NCBI GenBank assembly: GCA_963717435.1
Contig: OY970332.1
Span: 256,001 to 320,000 of the forward strand
DNA: 64,000 nt
Reading direction: 5' to 3'
From: an uncultured bacterium
GTDB taxonomy: Bacteria > Babelota > Babeliae > Babelales > Babelaceae
Shown: piece after piece, positions 38,091-47,980 of the stretch
Layout of the letters: the number at the start of each line of letters is the position of its first letter
Numbering within the stretch: the stretch's first letter is position 1
Translations under genes and position numbers: made by a program
The notes under the pieces: model-generated
The model's input: the letters and a program-made list of their open reading frames with translations, nothing else
Told to the model about the DNA's origin: nothing
Database searches by the model: none

Positions 38091-40903
38091 TAGAATTTCC
38101 ACCTCATCTCAAGTTCTGCACCCAAATCTCCACGCTCATCACGAATTGCACGAATCGAAGAATCATCAGAAAGATCATAATCAACTTCGAGCTTCACGTC
38201 TTCAGACAGACTAAAATTTTTCTGAATTAAGCCCCGAAGGCGATCGTTTACATCAATTTCGATCGAACCGCGCAATCCACCTCTACCCGTTTGATCACTA
38301 AAATCGGGAATTATTCTTACTTTTTCAAATGGCTTAAAAATATTTTTAAAATATCTCTGAGCTTTAGAAACATTATCTTCTTGGCCAAAAATCAACTTTT
38401 GAACGTTCTGCATAACAACATGGGGCATTATCATATAGAGTGACCCTGCTTCAGAACCTGCCCACAAAAGCGAAATTATCTGTTCTTTTGATAATTGTGG
38501 CGTAGAATCAAATTCGATCTGTGGATCACTTAAGTTACCCGTAATATTCATAAAAATGTCGTACTTCTTAATTCTTTGCTGTGCTTTAAGCTCTATCGTC
38601 GCATCAGAAAGCTGATTAGGCAGTAGATCAATTTTACCGTAAGTTATAAATAGTGGCTTGTATGGAAATGCAAAATTTCCACCCACAACTTCGATTGCTC
38701 CTGAAATTATTGGGTTAAATATTGTTCCGGAAAAATTCAAGTTTAACTTGGAAGTTGCATCCAAAAATGAAGTTTTAATCTTTAAAGAAGTTTTTGTTAA
38801 AAGATTAATATTAATATCAGAATCGGTTTTATAAGAAGTTAATGGGCTAACTGTCGCAGTTTTTAGGCTATTTATTAATTCTGAAGATAAAATATTGTCT
38901 CTTAAATAAGATTTATCTAAGATTATTGTCCCTGTTATTTTCGGCTTATCAGGGCTTAAATATTGCAATAAAACAGAGCCTGAAACTATAGCAAAAAAAT
39001 CTCGCTGGAAACTTAACATAAAGTCTTCTATTTTTAGCGGCACGTGCGCAAAATTTATATTGGCAAAATCAGTAAATCTTAATACAGATTGCGACGATGT
39101 GATAACTCCCTTTGCAAAGCCTAAATTTAATTGTGAAATTTTTATATTTTTTTCAAAAAAATTAAAATCGAGATCACAATAAAGCTTTTTAATTAAATTA
39201 TTGGTTCGTGCAAGTTTTATATTCGCATCAGACATGAGCAAATTTGCCTTGAGCCCTCCAGAATAAAACTCACCGTTAATATTTAATGTCCCGGTCCCAG
39301 TAAAGTCTTCTATCTTAAAATGGGTAAGTAAGTTTTTTATCAGATCATAATCGACAGTCAAATTAAAACTCGAACCTAATAATTTATCAGAACCCATATC
39401 AAGAACAGTTTTTTTGTCGGGGCTTTTAATCTTGAAAGATTCTAAAGATATTTTATCTTCTGATTTTAATTTCAGCTCAAAATCTGAACTATTAAAATTT
39501 CCAAAAAGATTTATTAAGCCAGATACGCCTGAAAACCTTGAATTAATGTCGTAGGTTTGCTCTATTCTTGGGTGGGATATTTTTAACTTAAACACGCCAT
39601 CAAAATTATTAATACCACTAAAATTAGAAACTAATTTAAAATCGCCGGGCAAAATTCTCCAGAACGCCCCAAAATCAGCCTGTAAATTATTTTCTAGAGT
39701 ACATGAGCCGATATTGTTCAAGCTATCCCAAAGTAAATTTCCATTTAATTTTGAACCATAAAAATTGTCGACAGATATTTCAGACTTAAGACCCAGTTCA
39801 TCTTTTAAAATAGACATGTGTATATTTTCTAAACTTATTGGGCCAGATTTGATTTTATCTATATTAAGATCGCCTGAGAGTAGTATATCTGAATCGTTAA
39901 AATCTATTTCGCCTTTAAATTTACAGGTACCAGTCTTGTTATCGCTGCTTAGGAGTTCTTTGTCCGAAAGATTAATACCTAGAATCGAAAAGATATAATT
40001 TAAATTAAAATTGCCATCAAGTTCTAACTTTTTTGAATCTGAAGCTTTATATTGCAAATTAATATCAAGTTCTTTGTCAGCTGAATTAAGTTCGAATTTG
40101 CCGGTATTATTTATTAAATTGCCATCAACAAAGCAAGTTTTAAAATTTTTATTAAAACTATTAATATCAAACTTAAGTTTTACGGCAAGATCAAAGTTAT
40201 CAAAGTTATTATTATCTGGATAAGTATTACTATTTATACTGTGCGTAATATCTCCAGATAGCTTATTTAATTTTTCAATATTACCCAAAGTTAATTTGCC
40301 GTTATTTAAATTTAAAGACGTTTTAAAGCTGTTTGAAAGCGTTGCGCAATTGAGCCAGAATTCTGATGTAAAAATTGTTTCTTGTTCTTTATTGTATAAG
40401 TTTAAATCGCCATGATTAACATGAAAAGATCTCAGAACTATGGGCAGGTCCACAGGCGAGATATCAAGCAGTAGCTTAAGATGCGGCACAATTGCCAGAT
40501 TTTTAGACTGATCAATTTGCGAAACTAAGTTTAAATTATCAAGCGAGATATCAAGATCTATTTTTGCGTTCCAAAAAAAACTAAAAAATGAAATTTTACT
40601 TACCGCTTTTTTTGCCTGCCAGCTCCAAGTAAATTGGGAAAGTTCTTGTTCTGAATTAGATAACCCAATATCAGCAGGAATCGCATGCAAATCTTCTAGA
40701 ACAAGCTCGCCTGTAAATAAACTTATTTTTGAAAGCCTTGCCCTAAAGTTACATGCAAAACTATTTGAAAAATATTGTGAGATTTTATCTTCAACATAAG
40801 ACTTAAATGCAGGATCATCTTGCAAATAAAATATAGAAAAAGTAGTTCCAATTAATATGGCAATAAATAAAATTCGAAATTTATACCATTTAAAACTAAT
40901 CAT
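38090..40903 (-). CDS. tamB: Translocation and assembly module TamB-like (AsmA superfamily) protein
   Basis: N-terminal TM, long beta-rich body, C-terminal DUF490-like ITGNLSDPQIEFDSTPQLSKEQIISLL...LEMRWKF; start ATG 40903. Confidence 0.75.
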   Translation of the reverse strand: MISFKWYKFRILFIAILIGTTFSIFYLQDDPAFKSYVEDKISQYFSNSFACNFRARLSKISLFTGELVLEDLHAIPADIGLSNSEQELSQFTWSWQAKKAVSKISFFSFFWNAKIDLDISLDNLNLVSQIDQSKNLAIVPHLKLLLDISPVDLPIVLRSFHVNHGDLNLYNKEQETIFTSEFWLNCATLSNSFKTSLNLNNGKLTLGNIEKLNKLSGDITHSINSNTYPDNNNFDNFDLAVKLKFDINSFNKNFKTCFVDGNLINNTGKFELNSADKELDINLQYKASDSKKLELDGNFNLNYIFSILGINLSDKELLSSDNKTGTCKFKGEIDFNDSDILLSGDLNIDKIKSGPISLENIHMSILKDELGLKSEISVDNFYGSKLNGNLLWDSLNNIGSCTLENNLQADFGAFWRILPGDFKLVSNFSGINNFDGVFKLKISHPRIEQTYDINSRFSGVSGLINLFGNFNSSDFELKLKSEDKISLESFKIKSPDKKTVLDMGSDKLLGSSFNLTVDYDLIKNLLTHFKIEDFTGTGTLNINGEFYSGGLKANLLMSDANIKLARTNNLIKKLYCDLDFNFFEKNIKISQLNLGFAKGVITSSQSVLRFTDFANINFAHVPLKIEDFMLSFQRDFFAIVSGSVLLQYLSPDKPKITGTIILDKSYLRDNILSSELINSLKTATVSPLTSYKTDSDININLLTKTSLKIKTSFLDATSKLNLNFSGTIFNPIISGAIEVVGGNFAFPYKPLFITYGKIDLLPNQLSDATIELKAQQRIKKYDIFMNITGNLSDPQIEFDSTPQLSKEQIISLLWAGSEAGSLYMIMPHVVMQNVQKLIFGQEDNVSKAQRYFKNIFKPFEKVRIIPDFSDQTGRGGLRGSIEIDVNDRLRGLIQKNFSLSEDVKLEVDYDLSDDSSIRAIRDERGDLGAELEMRWKF

Positions 40904-41400
40904 GCGATAAGAACCCAAGCGTTGTTTCTATAAATATATCTTCTAATAAATGGAAAATCGGAAACAGGAACTGATATGGCACAGGCCGCAGTGCTGTCTT
41001 TGTCTGTTAAATAGATAACGCCCGACGAAACCCTACCATCGCCATAAAATATAACTTTGTTATCTGTAAAACTGCACGGCTTTGTTATTATATTTTTAGG
41101 ATTTGATGGCGGACCTTTAACGCCTATTGGGACCCCTATTTTTAAATAATTTCCCAAACTAATTACCCTTCCATCAAAAGAATAACTATTTGTTTCTATA
41201 GAAAAAATCAGTTCATGATCCCTGCGTTCAAATATAGCATTTCTTTGCAAGATTATAAATACACTGTAAAGCTTTTCAAGCTCCGCTTCAACCAAAATTT
41301 TTCTAGAAGCTCCCACAAAATTTGAGCTAATAAGAACAATAATAGAAATAAGCCCAAGAACAACAATTAGCTCAACAAGCGTTGTCCCCTTTTTTGCCAT
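40900..41400 (-). CDS. Prepilin-type (GspH/FimT-like) pseudopilin
   Basis: Class III signal KKG/TTLVELIVVLGLISII. Confidence 0.85.
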   Translation of the reverse strand: MAKKGTTLVELIVVLGLISIIVLISSNFVGASRKILVEAELEKLYSVFIILQRNAIFERRDHELIFSIETNSYSFDGRVISLGNYLKIGVPIGVKGPPSNPKNIITKPCSFTDNKVIFYGDGRVSSGVIYLTDKDSTAACAISVPVSDFPFIRRYIYRNNAWVLIA

Positions 41401-43107
41401 TATTCAACAATACCTTCATTTGACGTTGCGACAGCAAGCACTTCTTCTATTGTTGTTAAACCAAGAGCAATTTTTCTTATGCCGTCTTGGACCAACAATG
41501 TCATGCCATCTTTGACGGCCTGATTTTGAACTATAGAAGAATCTGCACGATCGACCGTAAGTTTTGCAATATCAGGAGTCATCTGCATAATTTCAAAGAT
41601 AGCTAGTCGCCCTTTATAGCCAGTATTGAGGCAATTTTCACACCCAACGGCTTTATAAAATTTAATAGTTTTTGCCTGTTCTGCAGTTATTCCCAATTTT
41701 GCAAGCGCCTCTGCCTCAGGAGAATAAACTGTTTGCAATCTGGCGCATAGCTTACGCACAAGCCGTTGTGCGCAACACAGCGACGATCGTCGAAGCATTA
41801 AGAACGGTTCAATTCCCATATCAATCAATCGTGTAATGTTGCCGCTGCGCATTATTAGTATGTAAGGTACTCAAAACTAAGTGACCGGTAAGGCTGCTGA
41901 ATAGCAATTTGGGCCGTTTCTTGGTCACGCGTTTCACCAATCATGATAATATCGGGGTCTTGACGCAAAATAGATCTTAATGCTGCTGCAAACGTAAAGC
42001 CATAGCATCTTTTACCTGCACTTGACCGATCCCTGCCATTTGATATTCAACAGGATCTTCAACGGTAACTATATTAACCTCAGGAGAATTAAGCTGATGC
42101 AAAATAGAGTAAAGCGTAGATGTTTTACCAGAACCGGTAGGACCCGTTAACAAAAATATCCCATTTGGTTGCTCAATAGTTTGCTCAATAACCTCATAAT
42201 CTCGCTCACTAAACCCAAGATCTTTCAAGAGCTCCAAATGTTCTTCGTTTTATCAAGCAAACGCATAACAATACGTTCCCCAAAAGCAACTGGAAGACTA
42301 GAAACACGAATATCGATAGGCTTTATCTGCAACCTTGATCTGAATTCTACCATCTTGCGGCAGCCGCTTTTCAGCAATATTCATCTTCGCCATAATTTTT
42401 ATACGGGAAATTAATGCAGCCTGGGAACGTTTTGGTGGAACCATGACGCTGTACATGATACCATCGATTCGATATCGAACATGCAGTTCTTTTTCATAAG
42501 GCTCAATATGAATATCTGACGCACCTCGTTTTACTGCTTGAAACAATATATGATTAACAAGTTTAATTATTGGGGCTTCGCTTGCCATGCCAAGAATATC
42601 TTCTTCGGCAATTTCACCCAAATCTAACCCCTCGTCGATCTTTTCTTCAGCAAGTTCTTCAATAACCTGTTTTGTTCCCTCAAGCGGGTAAAATCGGTTT
42701 ATAGCATCTATAATATTTGCACGCGTTGCGACAGCAATTTTAGTGTCGCCACCAAAAACCAACCCCAATTCGTCTATGGGCTGCAAATTATTAGGATTGT
42801 TTGTCACAAGAACTATCTTGCCGTCAATATAAACGGGTATAATAAGATTTTCCCGTAAAAACTTTAACGGTATTTTGGCAAGTAATTCTGGATCAGCCAT
42901 CTTGTCGGTAATTTTTTCTATAATCTCTATCTGGAACTTTTGTGCCATCGCCTCGACCAAAACTTGGTCAGTTATTAGGTCATTTTGGCGCACATAATCC
43001 ACAAAATCGATATTTTGTTGAGCACTTTGAGCTTCATATTCTTGTAGTTGCTCTTGAGTTAGGGCACCCTTGCTTAATAGAATCTGCCCAATAGTTTCTT
43101 TCAACAT
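41400..43107 (-). CDS. gspE: Type II secretion / type IV pilus assembly ATPase (GspE/PilB family), interrupted by several indels
   Basis: [26 protein letters not shown], Walker [48 protein letters not shown] spread over several frames. Confidence 0.88.
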
Positions 43108-43275
43108 ATAAATCTCCGCAAAATTAAAACAGGCTATAGGGGTCAAGATACCATAATTTGAATAAAAAAAGTAATATCTGGAATAAGCGCTTGATACCTG
43201 GCAACCCCTATGTTAAATTTAGAATATACAAAGAGAGCCCAAAGAAGCTAATACAAAAACAAAAATTGGAAATCT

Positions 43276-44121
43276 ATGCTAAACAAACTACTGAAAATCA
43301 CAAGCTTAATATCTCTTGTCCTGTTAAGCTCCTGCGCATTTAAAAAAGATGCTAAAAAAGATACTGCTTCTAAGCCAAGCTTATCTATGCCCAAAGAGGC
43401 AAAAAAGAAAATCGAGTCTATGACCACAGAAGAGGCCATAATCTCAAAAGATTATTTTGCCCAAGTAGATAGATTTGAGACGGCAATAAAATGCGGCGAG
43501 AGATTTTTGGCAAAATCTTCTGATCAACAAGCCTGCGCCGGCGTCTGCTTAGATTTAATCGATTACTGCATAAAATGCGAAAATTATGAAAAAGCTGAAA
43601 AATACGCAACTGAGTATAAAAATTTATACCCGGGGAGTACAAAGTTGCAGGACGCATGTTTTAAAGAAATAGAGGCATCGCTTGCCCAAATAAGCGACTG
43701 TGAAAGGGATCAGTCAAAAACCAAGCAAACAATAGAAATAGCAAAAGAGTTTATAAATAATTTCCCAAATTCAGAGCATATAGAAAAAGTTAACGAAGCG
43801 CTTAAAATCTGCTACGAAACACTCTTTGAAAGCGAACGTGGAATAATCGAGTCCTATTTGAAAAAGCACGATCTTACAAAAACAGAGTTTCCATTAAAAG
43901 CTGCCGAGCTTAGAATCGCAAGCTTAAAAGAAGGGCTATTCGAAAATGTAGAAAGTGGCGCTGCCCGTGTTCTTGATTTGGAAATCAGGCTTGCGCAGGT
44001 TCAGAAAAAAGATCAAATTGTAAACTCTAAGTTGCAAGAACTTAGCACCAATTTTCCTGAATTTGCGGCACAACGCTCTGTAGTTGCGCAAAAAGCCAGA
44101 CGCCCTTATATACGGTTTTAA
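43276..44121 (+). CDS. bamD: Outer-membrane assembly lipoprotein BamD-like
   Basis: Lipobox LSSC; TPR helices; LYPGS, RDQSKT...FINNFPNS. Confidence 0.7.
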   Translation: MLNKLLKITSLISLVLLSSCAFKKDAKKDTASKPSLSMPKEAKKKIESMTTEEAIISKDYFAQVDRFETAIKCGERFLAKSSDQQACAGVCLDLIDYCIKCENYEKAEKYATEYKNLYPGSTKLQDACFKEIEASLAQISDCERDQSKTKQTIEIAKEFINNFPNSEHIEKVNEALKICYETLFESERGIIESYLKKHDLTKTEFPLKAAELRIASLKEGLFENVESGAARVLDLEIRLAQVQKKDQIVNSKLQELSTNFPEFAAQRSVVAQKARRPYIRF

Positions 44122-44124
44122 AAT

Positions 44125-44520
44125 ATGACAATAACAAAATCTGCTGAAACTCGAATTACACTGGGCAAGCATGGCGAGTCACTAGTGGGCCATTATCTAG
44201 AAAAAATGGGATTCAAAATTTTGCATTATAATTATAAGCAAAAGTTTGGTGAGGTTGACATAATAGCCAAAAAAGAAGAGGTTCTCGCGTTTGTTGAGGT
44301 AAAGTTAAGAACCAACCCTCTATTTTCGATGTCAGATTTAATTAACAGAAGTAAAAAAGACAAAATTATCAAAACAGCGAAGCACTATATAGCCAATAAC
44401 AGCTTTGTCGATACTGTTTTTAGATTTGATGTCGCATTTGTTCATGAAGTAGAAAATAATGGCAATCTAGATTACGAAATCGAATATTTGCAAAATGCGT
44501 TTGCCCCATATGATATTTAA
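44125..44520 (+). CDS. yraN: YraN (UPF0102) putative endonuclease
   Basis: GKHGE, GEVDIIA, LAFVEVKLR, RFDV. Confidence 0.92.
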   Translation: MTITKSAETRITLGKHGESLVGHYLEKMGFKILHYNYKQKFGEVDIIAKKEEVLAFVEVKLRTNPLFSMSDLINRSKKDKIIKTAKHYIANNSFVDTVFRFDVAFVHEVENNGNLDYEIEYLQNAFAPYDI

Positions 44521-44552
44521 AATAATTACATCGAGCTCGCACAACGAAGATA

Positions 44553-44616
44553 CCCGCTCATCCCGAGTGTTCTTCGTAGCTTTAGCGAAGAAGAATGTAT
44601 CGAGGGATTGAGCGTG
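44553..44616 (+). repeat. Palindromic element copy J (yraN-cdsA junction)
   Basis: CCCGCTCATCCCGAGTG-hairpin-TGTATCGAGGGATTGAGCG. Confidence 0.9.
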
Positions 44617-45276
44617 AATAATTTAGCAAAGAGAATAACAACGGCAGTGATACTTGGCCCAATTTTTTTGGGCATTATGCTTTTTGCTCCCGCCATAATT
44701 TTTTCATACCTGCTTGCTCTTATTCTTGCGGCGATTTTAATATTCGAGTGGCCCAAGTTGTTCCCAAATAATTTTTTACTAGCCACATTAATTTCTCCAA
44801 TTTACCCCATACTCCCGTTTATATTATTAATTATTCTTAACCAGTCGGGCCCAGATTATAGACCAGTTATATTTTTAATATTCTTTGCAGTATTTGCATT
44901 CGATTCCGGTTCATATTTTGCGGGAAATCTTTTTGGAAAAACTAAAATTTTGCCACAAGTTAGCCCAGGAAAAAGTTGGGAGGGGTTTATCGGCGGAGCC
45001 TCAAGCTGCTATTTAACAGTATTAATTTTTTTTAATTATTCAAAAATTATAAATTTATTTAAATTTTCTCACCAAAATCTACAGCCAAAATTATTACTAA
45101 TCTCGCTAATAATTTCTATACTTGCGCTTATCGGCGATCTATTTGAATCTTATCTTAAACGCAGAGTAAATCTTAAAGACTCTGGCGACATTCTGCCTGG
45201 GCACGGCGGGCTACTTGATCGCTTTGACGCAGTTATGTTCGTTGCATATTTAATTATTTTTTTAAAATTTATTTAA
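44608..45276 (+). CDS. cdsA: Phosphatidate cytidylyltransferase
   Basis: DSGSYFAG, SPGKSWEG, GDLFESYLKR, KDSG..LPGHGGLLDRFD; start TTG 44608 or GTG 44614. Confidence 0.95.
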   Translation: MSVNNLAKRITTAVILGPIFLGIMLFAPAIIFSYLLALILAAILIFEWPKLFPNNFLLATLISPIYPILPFILLIILNQSGPDYRPVIFLIFFAVFAFDSGSYFAGNLFGKTKILPQVSPGKSWEGFIGGASSCYLTVLIFFNYSKIINLFKFSHQNLQPKLLLISLIISILALIGDLFESYLKRRVNLKDSGDILPGHGGLLDRFDAVMFVAYLIIFLKFI

Positions 45277-46087
45277 AGTAAACATTTTCTAATTCCGGAT
45301 TCAAAAACAATACTGCCGTAGAAACATTAGAAAATGTATGCAAAAACTTATCACATCTTGATAACAAAACAGCTTCTATCAAAACTTCTTCGCCCTTAAG
45401 GGCTCTGTCACCACCCATTAGATGAATAGGATTACCTGTTGTTGATCTATGACTGTTATAATAAATTACTCGGCCATGAAGCTTTTTCTTGGCCATATCA
45501 AGAAGATATTGCTCATCAGTTGCAACCAGAAATTGATATCCGGAGAAACTATTTGCGTAATCAAAGATTATATTTAGATCAGTGGGAGCAACTTCAATTT
45601 TTTTATCGGTCCCCCTTAAATGTATCCCTATAGTTTTTTTACCTAACATTCCCATGTTATAAAAATTTTCTATTTTCTTTAATATATTGGGCTTAATTTT
45701 AATATATTTTTTTATAATCGCATTAACCCGCAGTCTCTCGAGCTTATCGGGATTTTCAGCTTGGACTACGCAACAGTTATCGGGAGGATAAAATGCGTAA
45801 AATATTTTCTCGCCTGGAAAGTATTTAAATTTATTAATGGGCTCAAAATAATATTCCCAACAGTTTTGGCTGCCATTATAGCCATTTTTTTGATAATAAA
45901 GACAATAATTCTTACTCCAATAAATCGCCAATTGCTGCCTATTTTTTTCTGCCCAATCTAGATGGTTTATGACATCAAAAACGCAAGAGAATAAACCTGC
46001 TGATCTGCACCCTAAAACATATTTACTGTGAATATTATAAGAAGAACTTAAATATATAATAAATAATAGTTTTTTATTAAAAAACAT
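45269..46087 (-). CDS. NodZ/GT23-like fucosyltransferase-family protein with signal-like N-terminus
   Basis: IGIHLRGTDK, FLVATDE, EAVLLSRCD..SNVS. Confidence 0.8.
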   Translation of the reverse strand: MFFNKKLLFIIYLSSSYNIHSKYVLGCRSAGLFSCVFDVINHLDWAEKNRQQLAIYWSKNYCLYYQKNGYNGSQNCWEYYFEPINKFKYFPGEKIFYAFYPPDNCCVVQAENPDKLERLRVNAIIKKYIKIKPNILKKIENFYNMGMLGKKTIGIHLRGTDKKIEVAPTDLNIIFDYANSFSGYQFLVATDEQYLLDMAKKKLHGRVIYYNSHRSTTGNPIHLMGGDRALKGEEVLIEAVLLSRCDKFLHTFSNVSTAVLFLNPELENVYFK

Positions 46088-46208
46088 AATATTGCCCCTA
46101 TTTTCATGTCCCCAATAAGTAGTTTAAATTTGACTAAACTAAGATAAAAATAATATTATTGCATCAAAATTTACAACGGTTTAAACAAAAAAAAGTTGAG
46201 CAGATTAC

Positions 46209-47183
46209 ATGAAGAAATCTCTATTATTAGCTATATCTCTAATATCAGTTGTTCAAATTCAAAGCAAAAAAGTTGTCCTACTGCCATTTTCTTACATGCA
46301 AGACGAAAGAAGCTTTTTCCAAAAAAATACCCTCTGGGATAAGCTTAAAATAAGATTAAAAGAAAAAAGGGGCCTGGATTTAAGATTATATTCCGCATGT
46401 AGGGGCGAGATTTACCCGGATGACATAATAGTGTCGTTTAATGTTCATGATCCAAGTCTGAGTCTAATAAGAGTATATCCTGAAGCCAAACACGTTTTAT
46501 ATATTTTTGAGCCACCGACAGTTGATCAAAGAAGCCATGACAAAAATTATCATAGACACTTTCAAAAGATTTTCACATGGCGCGATGATTTTGTAGATAA
46601 TACAAGATATTTCAAGTTTTACTTGCCCATGATAGTAAATCTACCAGATACACTCATGAATTTTAATCAACGCAAATTCTGCTGCACAGTACTTGCCAAC
46701 AAGCACTCTTCTTATCCACTGGAAATATACACCGAACGCAGATCGATAATTAATTTTTTTGATAAAAATTATAATAGTGATTTTGATCTTTATGGCCAGG
46801 GCTGGTCAAATAACGAATTTTCTTGCTACCGCGGCGCTCCCCAAAACAAAGATGCGACAATAAAGCAATACAAATTCTGCGTATGCTATGAAAACACAAA
46901 AAATATTCCTGGTTATGTAACTGAAAAAATGTTTGAGTGCCTATCATCAGGGACAGTGCCCATATATCTGGGTGCCCCGAACGTGGAACAATATGTGCCC
47001 AAAAACTGCTTTATTGATAGAAGAGATTTTGCTTCGAATCAAGAAATGTACGACTATTTAAAAAATATGCCAGAAGAAACTTATAATAATATTATCGATA
47101 ATATTATTAACTATTTAAAAACTGATAAAGCTAAGCTTTATTCTTGGGAGAACTTTATAGATATTTTTGTTGAGGGAATTTGA
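46209..47183 (+). CDS. GT10 alpha-1,3-fucosyltransferase-family protein with signal-like N-terminus
   Basis: YKFCVCYENT..PGYVTEKMFECLSSGTVPIYLG. Confidence 0.88.
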   Translation: MKKSLLLAISLISVVQIQSKKVVLLPFSYMQDERSFFQKNTLWDKLKIRLKEKRGLDLRLYSACRGEIYPDDIIVSFNVHDPSLSLIRVYPEAKHVLYIFEPPTVDQRSHDKNYHRHFQKIFTWRDDFVDNTRYFKFYLPMIVNLPDTLMNFNQRKFCCTVLANKHSSYPLEIYTERRSIINFFDKNYNSDFDLYGQGWSNNEFSCYRGAPQNKDATIKQYKFCVCYENTKNIPGYVTEKMFECLSSGTVPIYLGAPNVEQYVPKNCFIDRRDFASNQEMYDYLKNMPEETYNNIIDNIINYLKTDKAKLYSWENFIDIFVEGI

Positions 47184-47230
47184 AACCGATAAATTTTAAT
47201 TTAAAAGTATAAAAAAGTGAGAAAATAATC

Positions 47231-47932
47231 ATGAAGTATAAATACTTACTGCTGTTAATATTATTAAATACAAGAATCTGCTCTGCCAATTTTTATAGCC
47301 AAGTTGGACAAGATAAATATGTTTATGAAACTTTTTTCAAAAATAAAACTATCGGAACATTTATTGATATAGGAGCGCATGATGGCGAAACTTACAGTAA
47401 TAGCAAGTTCTTTGAAGATTTAGGGTGGAACGGGGTTTGCGTAGAACCGTTACCAGAAAAATATGAAAAATTGGAAAAAATAAGAAAATGCAAAACTATT
47501 AATGCTTGCGTTGCGCCGGCAACTGGGAATGTAAAATTTATAAAGGCTATAGGTGCAAATGGTTATTGTCTTGAAATGCTGAGCGGCATGCTGGATACTT
47601 ATGATCCTAGACACCTAAGTAGACTTAGAGCTGAAATTCATAATCATGGCGGAACTTATGAAGTTGTCGATGTTCGAGCTAAAAATATAAATGAAATTTT
47701 GGATGAAGCGAATATCAATCACGTTGACTATTTAACACTTGATACAGAAGGAGGCGAACTGGAAATATTAAAGACTTTAGATTTTTCAAAATATTATATT
47801 TATATAATAGATGTAGAAAATAATTATCAGGACCCACACATAAAAAACTTTCTACAAGAAAAAGGGTTCCTCCATATTCATACAATGCTAATGGATGAAA
47901 TATACGTAAATACAAAATCACCAACAAATTAA
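47231..47932 (+). CDS. FkbM-family methyltransferase with signal-like N-terminus
   Basis: SQVGQD, FIDIGAHDG, GVCVEP, LDTEGGELEIL. Confidence 0.9.
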   Translation: MKYKYLLLLILLNTRICSANFYSQVGQDKYVYETFFKNKTIGTFIDIGAHDGETYSNSKFFEDLGWNGVCVEPLPEKYEKLEKIRKCKTINACVAPATGNVKFIKAIGANGYCLEMLSGMLDTYDPRHLSRLRAEIHNHGGTYEVVDVRAKNINEILDEANINHVDYLTLDTEGGELEILKTLDFSKYYIYIIDVENNYQDPHIKNFLQEKGFLHIHTMLMDEIYVNTKSPTN

Positions 47933-47980
47933 ATTTATGAAGATTTAAGAAATTACAATCAAGAAACTTAAATTTGATGA

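Noticed and set aside
2400-44616. CRISPR array interpretation of the GC-rich repeats
   Set aside because: Copies are dispersed kilobases apart in both orientations, with no repeat-spacer periodicity and no cas genes
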